Below, piece by piece: positions 9,939 through 20,050 of a stretch of 64,000 bases of DNA (position 1 is the stretch's first letter; the number at the start of each line of letters is the position of its first letter). The notes below the pieces were generated by a model that saw nothing but the letters and a program-made list of their open reading frames with translations, was not told the DNA's origin and made no database searches. The position numbers were made by a program, and so were the translations under genes. This stretch comes from Candidatus Acidiferrum sp. Its GTDB lineage: Bacteria; Acidobacteriota; Terriglobia; Terriglobales; Acidobacteriaceae. The stretch covers positions 4,853 to 68,852 of the forward strand of contig DATNMU010000216.1 in assembly GCA_035602195.1 (NCBI GenBank), in the 5' to 3' direction.

Positions 9939-11084
9939 GTGCCAACCGAATTCGTCAGAAAATTTATACTTCTCGTGATTGCGCTCGCAGCGCCCTTCTC
10001 CTTTTCCCAATCATCTGCCCGCACCGACTGGGCCTTCGCGGTTTCCGGAGACTCGCGCAACTGCGGCGATATCGTGATGCCGGCCATCGCAAGCAGCGTC
10101 CTCCATCAGCCCAACGTCGCCTTTTATTGGCACCTTGGCGACTTCCGCCTCATGTCCGATGTCGACGAAGATATGCGGCAGCGATATGGCGATAAACTAT
10201 CTGTCACCGACTACTGGCGCGACGCTTGGGGCGATTTTATTGCCAACCAAGTCGTGCCTTTCGGATCGCTGCCCGTTTACCTTGGAATCGGCAACCACGA
10301 ACTGGCGGGCAACAAGTCGCCCGCCGACTTCCTCACCCAGTTCGCCTACTGGCTCGACACGCCCGAACTGCACACGCAAAGGTTGAACGAATACTCCCAG
10401 GACGGCACACTGAAGCCGTTCTATCACTGGAAACACGGGCAAGTGGATTTTATTTATCTCGATAACTCGGGCGATGATGGTTTTGGCGCTCAGCAGATGC
10501 AGTGGTTCGAGGACGTGCTCACCCGCGACAAGTCCGACCCGGAGGTTAAGGCCTTAGTGCTGGGGATGCATCGAGCCCTTCCCAACAGCAATGCCTGCGG
10601 TCATAGCATGAACGGAGACCTAGACCATCCTAGCGACAAAGGAACCACCAGCGGCCGCAGGGCCTACCTCGACCTGGTGAAATTCAAACACGATACAAAT
10701 AAATTTGTGTACATCCTGGCGAGCCACTCGCATTTCTACATGCAGGATATTTTTTCGACGGACTACTGGAAAGACTCGGCGCACGGCGGCACGGTTCTGC
10801 CGGGCTGGATCGTTGGAACCGCGGGCGCTCAGCGCTATCCGCTCCCCGAGGAGGTGCCAGCCGAGGTTCTGGCCCAACTAAAGGCAGAAACCAAGGTCGC
10901 TGGATATCTTCTCGGAACCGTCCGCCCAGACGGTTCCATCGACTTCGCCTTCAAGAAAGTGTTGAGGAATGACGTCCCCGCAGCTGTGAATAAAATGTAC
11001 GAAGACAAGTTTACAAAGTGGTGCTTTGAGGAAAACTACAACGACCACCAGCACCCCCGCCCACCATCTTGCAACGATAAGTAA
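9939..11084 (+). CDS. Secreted metallophosphoesterase (calcineurin-like)
   Basis: Signal-like N-terminus (FILLVIALAAPFSFSQSSA). Phosphoesterase motifs GDSRN, HLGDF, GNHE, GMHRAL and SHSH. Confidence 0.75.
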   Translation: MPTEFVRKFILLVIALAAPFSFSQSSARTDWAFAVSGDSRNCGDIVMPAIASSVLHQPNVAFYWHLGDFRLMSDVDEDMRQRYGDKLSVTDYWRDAWGDFIANQVVPFGSLPVYLGIGNHELAGNKSPADFLTQFAYWLDTPELHTQRLNEYSQDGTLKPFYHWKHGQVDFIYLDNSGDDGFGAQQMQWFEDVLTRDKSDPEVKALVLGMHRALPNSNACGHSMNGDLDHPSDKGTTSGRRAYLDLVKFKHDTNKFVYILASHSHFYMQDIFSTDYWKDSAHGGTVLPGWIVGTAGAQRYPLPEEVPAEVLAQLKAETKVAGYLLGTVRPDGSIDFAFKKVLRNDVPAAVNKMYEDKFTKWCFEENYNDHQHPRPPSCNDK

Positions 11085-11179
11085 GTGAAGACGGCATGGC
11101 GAGTCGAAATGGATTGTCATCCTGAAGCCCGCGTTCTTTGCGGGCTGAAGAATCTCTGTACTCGCAGACAGCACTCCCT

Positions 11180-11560
11180 TCACGCGAGAACAATATCCAG
11201 GCCCGCGGCATCAACGAATGCCCGAAAATCCCTATCTCGTGTGATCAGCGATGTCCCCGAGTCAATGCAACTCTGCGCAATGAGCGCATCCCCCAGACGC
11301 GCCTTGCGGCGCTTTGACAGAACCTTCGCCCGCAAACCTCCTGCCCGCTGCCAATAGCCTACTTCCACGGCGATCAGAGGAACTTGGACGAGCGTCTCGG
11401 CAACATTGGGAGCAAGCCGCGCGTCGCTTAACAGCTCGGTAAGTACGACCGGCACCATCAGCACCTGCCGGTCTGCGAGCGCCTTGTCGAGCAACAGCGT
11501 ATCTTGGCCAGACTCACCCTCGAGAAAGGCAATCCAAGTGCTCGTGTCAGCTGCGATCAT
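11180..11560 (-). CDS. vapC: PIN-domain toxin VapC
   Basis: 126 aa. MIAADTSTWIAFL...VPVVLTELL...DALIAQSCIDSGTSLITRDRDF shows the PIN acidic residue pattern. Confidence 0.85.
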   Translation of the reverse strand: MIAADTSTWIAFLEGESGQDTLLLDKALADRQVLMVPVVLTELLSDARLAPNVAETLVQVPLIAVEVGYWQRAGGLRAKVLSKRRKARLGDALIAQSCIDSGTSLITRDRDFRAFVDAAGLDIVLA

Positions 11561-11566
11561 TGGTTA

Positions 11567-11700
11567 GGCAATCATTCGTTGGACAATCATGGTAGGACAA
11601 TCATTGTTAGAGTAATCAGGATTAGAGAATCCGGATTCAGCGATCTTCGACTAGACGATCGCCGATTGAACGATGAAGACCCAATCGTCAACGATCGGCT
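11567..11700. repeat. Degenerate tandem array with about 15-bp periodicity (CAATCAT / GATTAG / CGATCG units), family F
   Basis: ggcaatcattcgttg gacaatcatggtag gacaatcattgttag agtaatcaggattag agaatccggattcag... It fills the gap between the antitoxin stop (11688) and the vapC start (11560). Confidence 0.8.
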
Positions 11701-11891
11701 TTCAATTCGGCCGCGGTGCGGGAAAAACGGACCTTGCCATGCAGTAGCCGCAGCCGCTCGTAGGTCTTCGATGCAGCCACCAGTTGCAGGCCGGTACGCA
11801 CGGTTTGAGTAATCCCCGCTCCGCTCGCCTGTTGCGCTCTCTCCAGCAACTCCCCCGGAATCTCCACTGTGATTTTGCGCGCCGCTTCCAT
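11688..11891 (-). CDS. vapB: VapB-type antitoxin
   Basis: From the internal ATG at 11891: MEAARKITVEIPGELLERAQQASGAGITQTVRTGLQLVAASKTYERLRLLHGKVRFS... This is the typical short VapB/DUF2191-like pattern, upstream of vapC. Confidence 0.75.
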   Translation of the reverse strand: MEAARKITVEIPGELLERAQQASGAGITQTVRTGLQLVAASKTYERLRLLHGKVRFSRTAAELKADR

Positions 11892-12196
11892 ATTCCTAAT
11901 ATACCATAGTCGATACCAGCATTGAATATGGTGGACTCGGCGAAAGCACGGACCGGGATGGTCCAAAATTTTCGCCGTTACTCAGTCAACAAACGTGGAC
12001 ATGCAAAACCAGCCTCCGCGCACCATTTCCTCCACTGCTACAATTCCCTGTTTTGACGAAACTCGCCTCGCAAGAACTTTGGGCAGCACATCCACGTACT
12101 GTCTTGTGAGAAACGCGCATTCAAGTTTAAGAGTCTGGTTTCGCTGAAAGCTGACGGCTGATAGCTGACAGCCGCTTTTCCGGGGAGCTTCAACTT

Positions 12197-12793
12197 TTGG
12201 AAGACGTCCAGGTAGTCGCGATGCTGGTCCGCCGCTGTGTAGCCGGCGACGCCGCTGCCTGGGAAGAAATCGTTCAAGCCTACAACCGCCGTATCTATAA
12301 CATCTGCTACCGCTTCGCCGGCTCCGCCAACGACGCCGAAGACCTCACCCAGGAAGTTTTCATCAAGATGTACCGCACGCTTTCCAGTTACGACCACACC
12401 AGAGGCGCTTTCGTCACCTGGGTCACCACCATCACCCGCAACCTGCTGGTCGATCATTTCCGCAAGACCAAGCAGGACCGCGTCACCGACTCGCTCGACG
12501 CCCAATCCCCGCACGAAGACGCCTTACCTCTGAGCGAGCAAATTCAGGACCATTCCGCCGCTCCCGACGCCCGCGTGCGCAGCCGCGAGGTCGGCGAAAC
12601 CGTTCACGCCGCCTTGGCCAAGCTCTCGCCAGAGTTACGCGAAGCAGTGATTCTAAGAGACTTACAGGATTTTGATTACAAAGAAATCGCTACCGTTTTG
12701 AAGGTTCCGGAGGGTACTGTGAAAAGCCGAATAAATCGTGGCCGCGCGGAACTAGCGCGCCTGTTACAACGTACCTATAGGCAGGTGATGTGA
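12197..12793 (+). CDS. ECF (sigma-70 family, RpoE-like) sigma factor
   Basis: 198 aa with region 2 (DAEDLTQEVFIKMYR) and region 4 (LREAVILRDLQDFDYKEIATVLKVPEGTVKSRINRGR). Confidence 0.92.
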   Translation: MEDVQVVAMLVRRCVAGDAAAWEEIVQAYNRRIYNICYRFAGSANDAEDLTQEVFIKMYRTLSSYDHTRGAFVTWVTTITRNLLVDHFRKTKQDRVTDSLDAQSPHEDALPLSEQIQDHSAAPDARVRSREVGETVHAALAKLSPELREAVILRDLQDFDYKEIATVLKVPEGTVKSRINRGRAELARLLQRTYRQVM

Positions 12794-13602
12794 TGCCAGA
12801 CCTAACCAGCAACGGAATGCCGTGTCACGAGTTCGATGGCTTGCTCACGGACGCGCTCGATGGCGTTCTGACCGGCCTGCAACTCGACCGCTTCCAGGCC
12901 CACGCGCGGACTTGCTCCGCCTGCGGGCCGCTGTTCGCCGAAGTCGAGGCGGGCCGCAACTGGCTGAAGGATCTCACGGAGGTGGATCCTCCAGCCAGCC
13001 TGGTCAATAATATCCTGGCATCCACGACGGGCGTTGACTCCCAACGCCTGCGGGTGAACGTGTCCGTGCCGCAGCCGCGCACTTCGCAGCTCGGCGCTTC
13101 GTGGTGGGAACGGGTGCAAGCCTCGATCTCAGGGGCGATGCAGCCCATCTGGGCCACAGTCCGGCAGCCGCGGTTCGCCATGTCGTTTGGCATGGCTTTC
13201 TTTTCGCTGTCGGTCGGCCTGAGCGTACTCGGCGTAAAACCTGCCGACCTGCGCCAGGTCAGCTTGCGGCCAGCCGCAATCCGCCACACTTACTACAACA
13301 CGCAAGCCCGCGTTGTCCGTTATTACGATAATATCCGTCTCGTCTACGAAGTTCAGGCCGCGGTGCGCGGAATCAAGCGTAACCTCGCTCCCGCTGAACC
13401 TCGATCCAATGAAGCCGCGCCGGAGAAGAAAGACCATAAGAACGACACAACACAACAGCCCGAGCAGAAGCAGGAGCGTAACTACAGCCAGCGAGAAAAT
13501 AGTCTCATCCTGGCCAGCGCTCCGCTGGGTCCACCTGTCTTTGATCCGTTAAGTCCGGATCTGCCTGTAGTGTCGGTGACCACGTACAGGAGGTTCGTAT
13601 GA
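12790..13602 (+). CDS. Anti-sigma factor (zf-HC2 type), membrane-anchored
   Basis: N-terminus has CHEFDGLL...HARTCSACGPLF (H-x3-C-x2-C) and one TM segment (FAMSFGMAFFSLSVGLSVLGV). The start overlaps the sigma-factor stop. Confidence 0.85.
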   Translation: MMPDLTSNGMPCHEFDGLLTDALDGVLTGLQLDRFQAHARTCSACGPLFAEVEAGRNWLKDLTEVDPPASLVNNILASTTGVDSQRLRVNVSVPQPRTSQLGASWWERVQASISGAMQPIWATVRQPRFAMSFGMAFFSLSVGLSVLGVKPADLRQVSLRPAAIRHTYYNTQARVVRYYDNIRLVYEVQAAVRGIKRNLAPAEPRSNEAAPEKKDHKNDTTQQPEQKQERNYSQRENSLILASAPLGPPVFDPLSPDLPVVSVTTYRRFV

Positions 13603-14582
13603 ACTGCGCCACTCACAGCGATGCCGCCGCAGTCGCGTTTTGCCGCACTTGCGGCAAGCCGCTCTGCGGCACTTGTACCCGCGACGTCCGCGGAGTCGTC
13701 TACTGCGAGCCCTGTCTCGCCGCCCGTTTGGATGGCACCGTCCCCGCGCCGGGATTCGTGCCCCCACAGTCCACCTATCCGCAGACCGTCTATCCACCCG
13801 CGGGAGCCCCGATTCCACCCCCGCGTCCCAGTTCCGGTCCGAATCCCGCGGTGGCCGGCATTCTGGGTGCCATTCCCTTCGGTGTCGGAGCCGTCTACAA
13901 CGGACAATACGCTAAGGGCTTAGCGCACCTATTTATCTTCGTAATGCTGATTTACGGCGCCAACCACTCTGATCGATGGGATTTTGTGTTCGGCATCGGG
14001 ATCGCTTTTTTCGTCATCTACCAGATCATCGACGCGGTTCGTACCGCGAAAGCGCTTCAGATTGGACAGTCCGCCCCCGATCCCTTGGGCCTCGGCCAAG
14101 CGTTCAGCATGGGTGAGAAGTTTGACAGCGGCAAAATTCCCGTTGGCGCTGTGATCCTCATCGGCCTTGGTGTGCTCTTCCTGCTGCACACCATGGGAAT
14201 CATGGAAAACGGCTTCGAGCGCTTCTGGCCGCTGATTCTGATTTTCCTGGGTGGCTGGATGTTCTATCGCAACTATGAGCGGACCCGCCAGCGATGCGGC
14301 TGTGGTCGATGTAGTACGCGCTGCCTGATGGGTCCGGCAATGGTTCTGACCACCGGCATCCTGTTCATGCTGGAGAGCCTGCACATTGCCGCGCTTGACC
14401 GCACCTGGCCCGCCTGGATTCTGGTTGTTGGCGTCGTGAAGCTGCTGCAAAGCAACGCATCCTCGGAAGGCCACGTCGGTCCTCTGCCCGGCGCACCCCC
14501 CGCCATTGGTCCCACGCCGCCTACTCCACCTGCCGCTACCGATCCTGGGGCAACTTCCTCCGGCGAGGTGCGCAATGTCTAA
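13599..14582 (+). CDS. B-box zinc-finger membrane protein (LiaF/DUF5668-like C-terminal TM region)
   Basis: MNCATHSDAAAVAFCRTCGKPLCGTCTRDVRGVVYCEPCL, then a Pro-rich linker and several TM helices. ATGA overlap with the anti-sigma gene; SD caggagg at 13588. Confidence 0.75.
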   Translation: MNCATHSDAAAVAFCRTCGKPLCGTCTRDVRGVVYCEPCLAARLDGTVPAPGFVPPQSTYPQTVYPPAGAPIPPPRPSSGPNPAVAGILGAIPFGVGAVYNGQYAKGLAHLFIFVMLIYGANHSDRWDFVFGIGIAFFVIYQIIDAVRTAKALQIGQSAPDPLGLGQAFSMGEKFDSGKIPVGAVILIGLGVLFLLHTMGIMENGFERFWPLILIFLGGWMFYRNYERTRQRCGCGRCSTRCLMGPAMVLTTGILFMLESLHIAALDRTWPAWILVVGVVKLLQSNASSEGHVGPLPGAPPAIGPTPPTPPAATDPGATSSGEVRNV

Positions 14583-16086
14583 CCCAGTTCAATACCCGCC
14601 GCAGCCGCCTCAAGCTCCTTTTCCGCGGCGGCCTCGCCGTTCCTTCGCCGGACCGCTCGTCCTGATCATCATTGGCATAGTTTTCCTTCTCGGCAACATG
14701 CACTTGCTCTCCTGGATGCGCCTTGGCACTCTCTTCGCCCGGTACTGGCCCGCCCTCCTAATCCTGTGGGGAGTGCTCAAGTTCATCGAGTCCCAGCAAG
14801 CCCAGCGCGAGGGCCTACCCTCCCGTGGCATTGGCGCCGGCGGAGTCATGCTGATTGTGGCCATCGTCTTTTTTGGCCTGATCGCCACTCAGGCCGAACG
14901 CGCCCGCGAGCACTGGCCCAGCATTCGCGAGCAATTCAACATCGACGACAGCGATTTCGAAAATATCTTCGGCCAAACCTACAACTTCAACGACACTCTT
15001 GAGCAGGACATCCCCGCCTCCGCCACCAGCCTCCGCGTCAATGACGATCACGGCGCAGTTCACGTCACCACCGCGCCCGATAACAAAATCATGGTCGTCA
15101 TCCGCAAGCGCATCGGCGCCGACAACCAGCCTGACGCCGACAAATACAATACCCAGTCAAAGCCCACCCTCACTACAGCCGGAAACGTAATCATCCTCGA
15201 CGCCAACACCCACGCCGCCGGTGACCACCCCATTCAAGCCGATATGGATATCTCCATTCCTCGCAGGATGGAAGTCCACATCACCGGCCGCCATGGAGAT
15301 GTCTCCGTCACCGGACGCGATAGTGACGTCGAAATCGCCGCCCAACACGGCGAGGTTTCCGTCGAAGACGTCAAAGGCAACGTGAAACTGAATCTCGAAA
15401 AAAGCTCAGCCAAGGTCGAGCAAGTTACCGGCGATGTTCACATCAACGGCCGCCTCAACGAAGTTACCGTCGCCGACGTCAAAGGCGCGCTCACGCTCGA
15501 AGGCGAGTTCGGCGAGAGCGTCAAACTTTCCCGCATCTCGAGAAACGTCACCTTCAAGTCTTCCCGCACCGACATGGAATTTTCTCGCATTGACGGCGAT
15601 CTCGATCTCGACTCCGACGATCTTCACGCCGATCGCGTAGCCGGTCCAGTTCGCCTGACCACGCGTTCCAAACAAATCCGGCTGGAAGATGTCTCGGGCG
15701 ATGTCCGCGTGCAAAACGAAAACGGCGGCGTCGAACTTTCCATGCGTTCCGTCGGCAATGTGCAGATCGACAACCGCAACGGCGACATTCACCTCATGCT
15801 GCCGGACAAGGCTGGCTTCCGCCTCGACGCTCACACTCGCGACGGAGAAATCCAGTCAGATTTTTCTGAATTGAAAATCGATAGCAATGATCGCGAAGCC
15901 AAAGCCACCGGCACCGTCGGCAATGCCACCGCTCACATCGTCCTGAACAACGAACACGATGGCATCGAGATCCGCCGCGCCTCCTCCAACGCGGTGTTGG
16001 CTCCTCCCGCCTCGCCAGCCCATCCGGCAAAGCCCGGTCGATCCCTCCCGCCTCCAAAATCAAGAGTGGAACCCACCGAGAATTGA
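14575..16086 (+). CDS. DUF4097-like (putative adhesin, beta-helical repeat) membrane protein
   Basis: Start at the ATG at 14575 (ATGTCTAA overlap with the upstream stop). N-terminal TM helices, then repeated G-D-V/I-x-V/I beta-strand units (HGDVSVTGRDSDVEI, GDVHINGRLNEVTV, NGDIHLMLP). Confidence 0.75.
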   Translation: MSNPVQYPPQPPQAPFPRRPRRSFAGPLVLIIIGIVFLLGNMHLLSWMRLGTLFARYWPALLILWGVLKFIESQQAQREGLPSRGIGAGGVMLIVAIVFFGLIATQAERAREHWPSIREQFNIDDSDFENIFGQTYNFNDTLEQDIPASATSLRVNDDHGAVHVTTAPDNKIMVVIRKRIGADNQPDADKYNTQSKPTLTTAGNVIILDANTHAAGDHPIQADMDISIPRRMEVHITGRHGDVSVTGRDSDVEIAAQHGEVSVEDVKGNVKLNLEKSSAKVEQVTGDVHINGRLNEVTVADVKGALTLEGEFGESVKLSRISRNVTFKSSRTDMEFSRIDGDLDLDSDDLHADRVAGPVRLTTRSKQIRLEDVSGDVRVQNENGGVELSMRSVGNVQIDNRNGDIHLMLPDKAGFRLDAHTRDGEIQSDFSELKIDSNDREAKATGTVGNATAHIVLNNEHDGIEIRRASSNAVLAPPASPAHPAKPGRSLPPPKSRVEPTEN

Positions 16087-16125
16087 CCCCTCACCCTGTG
16101 GTCCTGATCGATGGCCGACGCTGCC

Positions 16126-19100
16126 TTAGAAAATCACCTTCAACCCCAACTGCACCTGCCGCGGCGCAAACGCCGCATTCGGCTTCAAAAAGTTCTGCGT
16201 GGGCTGCTGATAATACGCGGGATAAGGAACTCCATTCACATACGTCGTGTATTGCGTAAACGTGGTCGCCTCAGCCGTAAGTCCGTTGCTGGTAATGGTG
16301 ACGCGCTGGTTGTCGTGATTGAAGAGGTTAAAAGAATCGGCAGTGAACTCCAGCCGGTAGCTCTGGCCAACGTGAATCTTCCGCACCAGCCGCAGATCGG
16401 CCGAAACATAGTCGGGACCTGTGAATCCATTGCGGCTATACCCGGGAAGACGGTCGTTGAGATCGTTGCCATCCTGGTTGGGATCGCCATTCACCGTTGC
16501 GTTGACCGGCCGCCCGCTCCCCGCGGTAACAATGCTGGAAATTTTCCAGTCGTTGAGCACGCGCCCTAGCAACTCGTGTCCCCGATGAAACGGACGCGGC
16601 TCCAGCGAGAACGCCGCCACGAACCGGTTGCGTTGGTCGGTAACGCTGGGCCCGCGCTCGCCGTTGGGATTGTAGGAATTCTGTACCGTCGCGGGAGATC
16701 CGGCCACCAGCGCGTCCTGTCCGTCGTCAATCGCATGTGCGTAGGTATAAGAAAGCCGCAAATAAGTTCCCCGCGCCATACGTCGGTTGATCGATAACGT
16801 CCCACCGTTGTAAACACTTGAGGCCGCGCTCTGAAATTCGTCGATCGCACCCAGTTGCGCGATCGGCCGTCCCAGCGGATTGATGCAAGGTGGAAACGGG
16901 CAGGTCAGCGACCGCGTGAATTGCCAGGTCGCGAAAGAATCCACGGTGTAGGACCCGTTCTGAAATATCGAGCCGGTCGAATCGAAAAGAGGATAAGTCA
17001 ACGCCACCGGTGGCGGAAGGTTCACATCCAGCGCGCGAATCAGATGTTCGCCGTGCACATATAAATACGAAACGGCGACCGTAGTGTGACTCGCAACCTC
17101 CCGTTCCAGCGTAAAGCTAAGCTGTTGCACTCGCGGCGTAACGAAGTTCGAAGCGAAGGCCGAAACATTGTTGGTCACGCCGTCGGTGAATCCCGCCGGC
17201 AAGTTGCACGAAGCCGCCGTCAGAGCGCAAGTCACCAGCGGATTCGGGTACGTAGGAAAAACTCTGTGGTCGTAAAAATTCGTATTATTAAGAAAGACCT
17301 GCGCATCGCTGATTCCGTTCTCTGTTGCAACTGCCGAGTTATAAATCTGCGGGATGCGCACGTAGAACATTCCGTATCCCATTCGCACCACGAGCGGATG
17401 ATTCTTGCCAATAGAATACGCAAGCCCACCGCGCGGTCCGAAATTGTACGGCTTGAACGGCACTTTACCCGACGGCGGAAATAGCGGGTTCGGCACCAGT
17501 CCGGCCGTGGTAAAGGTTTGCAGATCCCACCGCACGCCCAGATTCACCGCTAGATGATTTGTCACCCGAATCGTATCCTGCGCAAAAGCCGCGTAATCGT
17601 TGCTGTTCGGGTTAGACGCCGCCGGCCCGAAATTCTGCAGATAGTAATGCGGGACCGCGTGCGCATAAGCCCGCAGCGGCGTCAACGGAAGTCCGGCCTC
17701 CTGCGGTTCAAAGGTAAAAGGATTGACTTTAATAATGTCAAAAACATATTCGCCGCTCTGCTGGCTGGGGAAAAAATCATAGATCCATGTGATCAGCGAG
17801 TCGCCCCCAAACTTGAATGAGTGCCGGCTAGTATCGAAACTCAGGGTTTCGGCAAGCTGGGCCCGGTGCTCGCGCGTCGAGCGCGGCAATAAGTTCGACC
17901 GCCCAATCCCATCCATGATGTCGGTAACTTTAATCAGCGTGGCGCTGGTGTTGGTGTACGACTGGCGCAGGTCGCGCGAAAATTGTGCCCGAAGGTGGCT
18001 GCTGACCCGCGGGCTGATTCCCGAAGTAAGCGAGATCGACCCGGTGTCGGTTGAAACCGTTTCCTCACCATTATCGGAGATAGAGTCGTAAGTCACCGGG
18101 CTGGCAGGATCGAGAAAAGCATTATTCGATCCCCAGTACCGCGACGCATTGAAGCGCAGCGCCAGTTGGTTGCGCGGAGTTAAATTAATATCGAGCTTGG
18201 CGTAAGTGGCGTTGCCGATCTGCGCCGCCGGATAAGATCCTGCGTACCCGCTCAACCTGGCGGCCGCGGCAAACACCAGCGCCTGATCGCTGGCTTCGTA
18301 GTCGCCCGGACTAAACGGCCCGGTCCCGGCTTGCGGAGTCACCTGCATCGTTCCGTCCAGGAATTCCACCACGTCCGGAACATTGAAGTAATGCTGGTCG
18401 AATCCTGCAAAAAAGAAAATCTTGTTTTTCTTGATCGGACCGCCAATCGTTCCCCCGCCTTGCTGCTGCCGGCTATGCGGCTTAAAAGTCATAAAAGCGT
18501 CAGCCGCGCCAAATCCACTGTCGCGAATGTAGTAAAGACCCGTCCCGTGCCAGTGGTTCGTCCCCGATTTAGTCACGACATTCACCACCGCACCACCCGC
18601 CCGTCCCTGCTCCGCGCCATAGGAATTCGAAGACACGCGAAACTCCTGCACAACTTCGTTCGAAAACTGATACGGCGTCCGGTAAAGCCCGCGCGCCTGC
18701 GCAAAGAAGGCGTTGTTGAAGTCGCCTCCATCCACCAGAAAACTGTTCTGAAATCCCCGCAGCCCGCCAAATGAAAGATCGCCATTGGTCGCCGAAGTCA
18801 GGCTCCGTGGATCCTGCGTCACTCCGGGCGAGAGCAGCATCAGATCCGAAAAGCGCCGCCCGTTGATCGGAAGATCGGCGATAGCGCGTTCGTCGAGCAA
18901 AGTGGTGACTGCGGTCGCTTTGGTTTCCACCAGTTGCGGCTCGCCAGAGACCGTAATTTTTTCCTGTGCCCCCGCAATCGTGAGGTGAAATTCAATTTCC
19001 GCCGCCGCCCCAATTTCCACGTGCAGCACCGGCGTCACCTGCGCAGACATGCCCTGCGCCACTGCCCGCGCCGAGTACTCACCGACAGGCAGCAAATCAA

Positions 19101-19311
19101 GCGCGAATCGCCCTTCGGCATCGGAAGTGGTGGAGTAGCGAATGCCCGTGCCCGCATTCACCGCCACGATCGATGCCTGAGCGATGCGCCCGCCGCTCGG
19201 GTCGAGCACCGTCCCCCGAATCGCGCCGGTCGCCGCGTCTTGCGCGGAATTTAGTGTGGAGAAACAAACGCAGACAAGACTGCAGATAATAATGAGGAAA
19301 GCGCGCGGCAT
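16126..19311 (-). CDS. TonB-dependent receptor-like outer-membrane protein with N-terminal carboxypeptidase-regulatory-like domain
   Basis: 1061 aa. Signal peptide, then GAIRGTVLDPSGGRIAQASIVAVNAGTGIRYSTTSDAEGRFAL (CarboxypepD_reg). Plug-like region, long beta-barrel and a terminal aromatic residue (VIF). Confidence 0.88.
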   Translation of the reverse strand: MPRAFLIIICSLVCVCFSTLNSAQDAATGAIRGTVLDPSGGRIAQASIVAVNAGTGIRYSTTSDAEGRFALDLLPVGEYSARAVAQGMSAQVTPVLHVEIGAAAEIEFHLTIAGAQEKITVSGEPQLVETKATAVTTLLDERAIADLPINGRRFSDLMLLSPGVTQDPRSLTSATNGDLSFGGLRGFQNSFLVDGGDFNNAFFAQARGLYRTPYQFSNEVVQEFRVSSNSYGAEQGRAGGAVVNVVTKSGTNHWHGTGLYYIRDSGFGAADAFMTFKPHSRQQQGGGTIGGPIKKNKIFFFAGFDQHYFNVPDVVEFLDGTMQVTPQAGTGPFSPGDYEASDQALVFAAAARLSGYAGSYPAAQIGNATYAKLDINLTPRNQLALRFNASRYWGSNNAFLDPASPVTYDSISDNGEETVSTDTGSISLTSGISPRVSSHLRAQFSRDLRQSYTNTSATLIKVTDIMDGIGRSNLLPRSTREHRAQLAETLSFDTSRHSFKFGGDSLITWIYDFFPSQQSGEYVFDIIKVNPFTFEPQEAGLPLTPLRAYAHAVPHYYLQNFGPAASNPNSNDYAAFAQDTIRVTNHLAVNLGVRWDLQTFTTAGLVPNPLFPPSGKVPFKPYNFGPRGGLAYSIGKNHPLVVRMGYGMFYVRIPQIYNSAVATENGISDAQVFLNNTNFYDHRVFPTYPNPLVTCALTAASCNLPAGFTDGVTNNVSAFASNFVTPRVQQLSFTLEREVASHTTVAVSYLYVHGEHLIRALDVNLPPPVALTYPLFDSTGSIFQNGSYTVDSFATWQFTRSLTCPFPPCINPLGRPIAQLGAIDEFQSAASSVYNGGTLSINRRMARGTYLRLSYTYAHAIDDGQDALVAGSPATVQNSYNPNGERGPSVTDQRNRFVAAFSLEPRPFHRGHELLGRVLNDWKISSIVTAGSGRPVNATVNGDPNQDGNDLNDRLPGYSRNGFTGPDYVSADLRLVRKIHVGQSYRLEFTADSFNLFNHDNQRVTITSNGLTAEATTFTQYTTYVNGVPYPAYYQQPTQNFLKPNAAFAPRQVQLGLKVIF

Positions 19312-19537
19312 AGGTCTCCCGCCTCTCGATAGATCAGCTCGGAAACGTCATCTCTCGCGCACAGCACCGGAAGCGCGCGGTTCGGGAAACCAGAATCTTT
19401 GTAACACGGGGACCATCTATTCCACGGTGACGGCCCACATCTTTTTGAATGCGAGTGCCGGAGTGGGAATTCCGCTTTACCAGCCACCGTAGCGGCGTGC
19501 TATGTTCATTGTTCGCCTCTGCGATTGTTACTGCGAA

Positions 19538-20050
19538 ATGATTCGATCATTTAAAGGTATGAAGCCGGTCATCCCGGCAACCTGTTACGTCGACGACTCC
19601 GCCCAGATCATCGGCGACGTCGTCCTCGGCGAGCACGCCTCGGTCTGGATGAACGCCGTTCTTCGCGGCGATGTCTACGCGATTCGCATCGGCGCCCACT
19701 CCAACGTGCAGGATTGCAGCGTGCTCCACGGCATGAAAAATCAATACGGCGTAACTCTGGGCGAATACGTCACCGTCGGTCATTCTGCCACGCTCCACGG
19801 CTGCACGATTGAGGACCGCTGCCTGATCGGCATGGGTTCGATCGTCTTAAACGGCGCAAAAATCGGCGCAGGATCAATCATCGCTGCCGGCACCCTGATC
19901 CCCGAGCGCACCGTCGTGGAACCAGGCTCGCTCTGGATGGGCTCTCCCGGAAAATTCCGCCGCAAGTTGGATGAAAAAGATCACGAATCCATCATGCGCT
20001 ACGCCCAGAATTATTTAGGCTACACCGAGGAATATTTGCGGGAGCGATGA
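19538..20050 (+). CDS. Gamma-class carbonic anhydrase / hexapeptide-repeat family protein
   Basis: MIRSFKGMKPVIPATCYVDDSAQIIGDVVLGEHASVWMNAVLRGD...HGCTIEDRCLIGMGSIVLNGAKIG; YrdA/PaaY-like left-handed beta-helix. Confidence 0.85.
   Translation: MIRSFKGMKPVIPATCYVDDSAQIIGDVVLGEHASVWMNAVLRGDVYAIRIGAHSNVQDCSVLHGMKNQYGVTLGEYVTVGHSATLHGCTIEDRCLIGMGSIVLNGAKIGAGSIIAAGTLIPERTVVEPGSLWMGSPGKFRRKLDEKDHESIMRYAQNYLGYTEEYLRER

Noticed and set aside
8790-10010. 406-aa minus-strand ORF
   Set aside because: It is antisense to glgC. The sequence is Gly/Asp/Val/Ala-rich low complexity, characteristic of the reverse frame of a GC3-rich gene.
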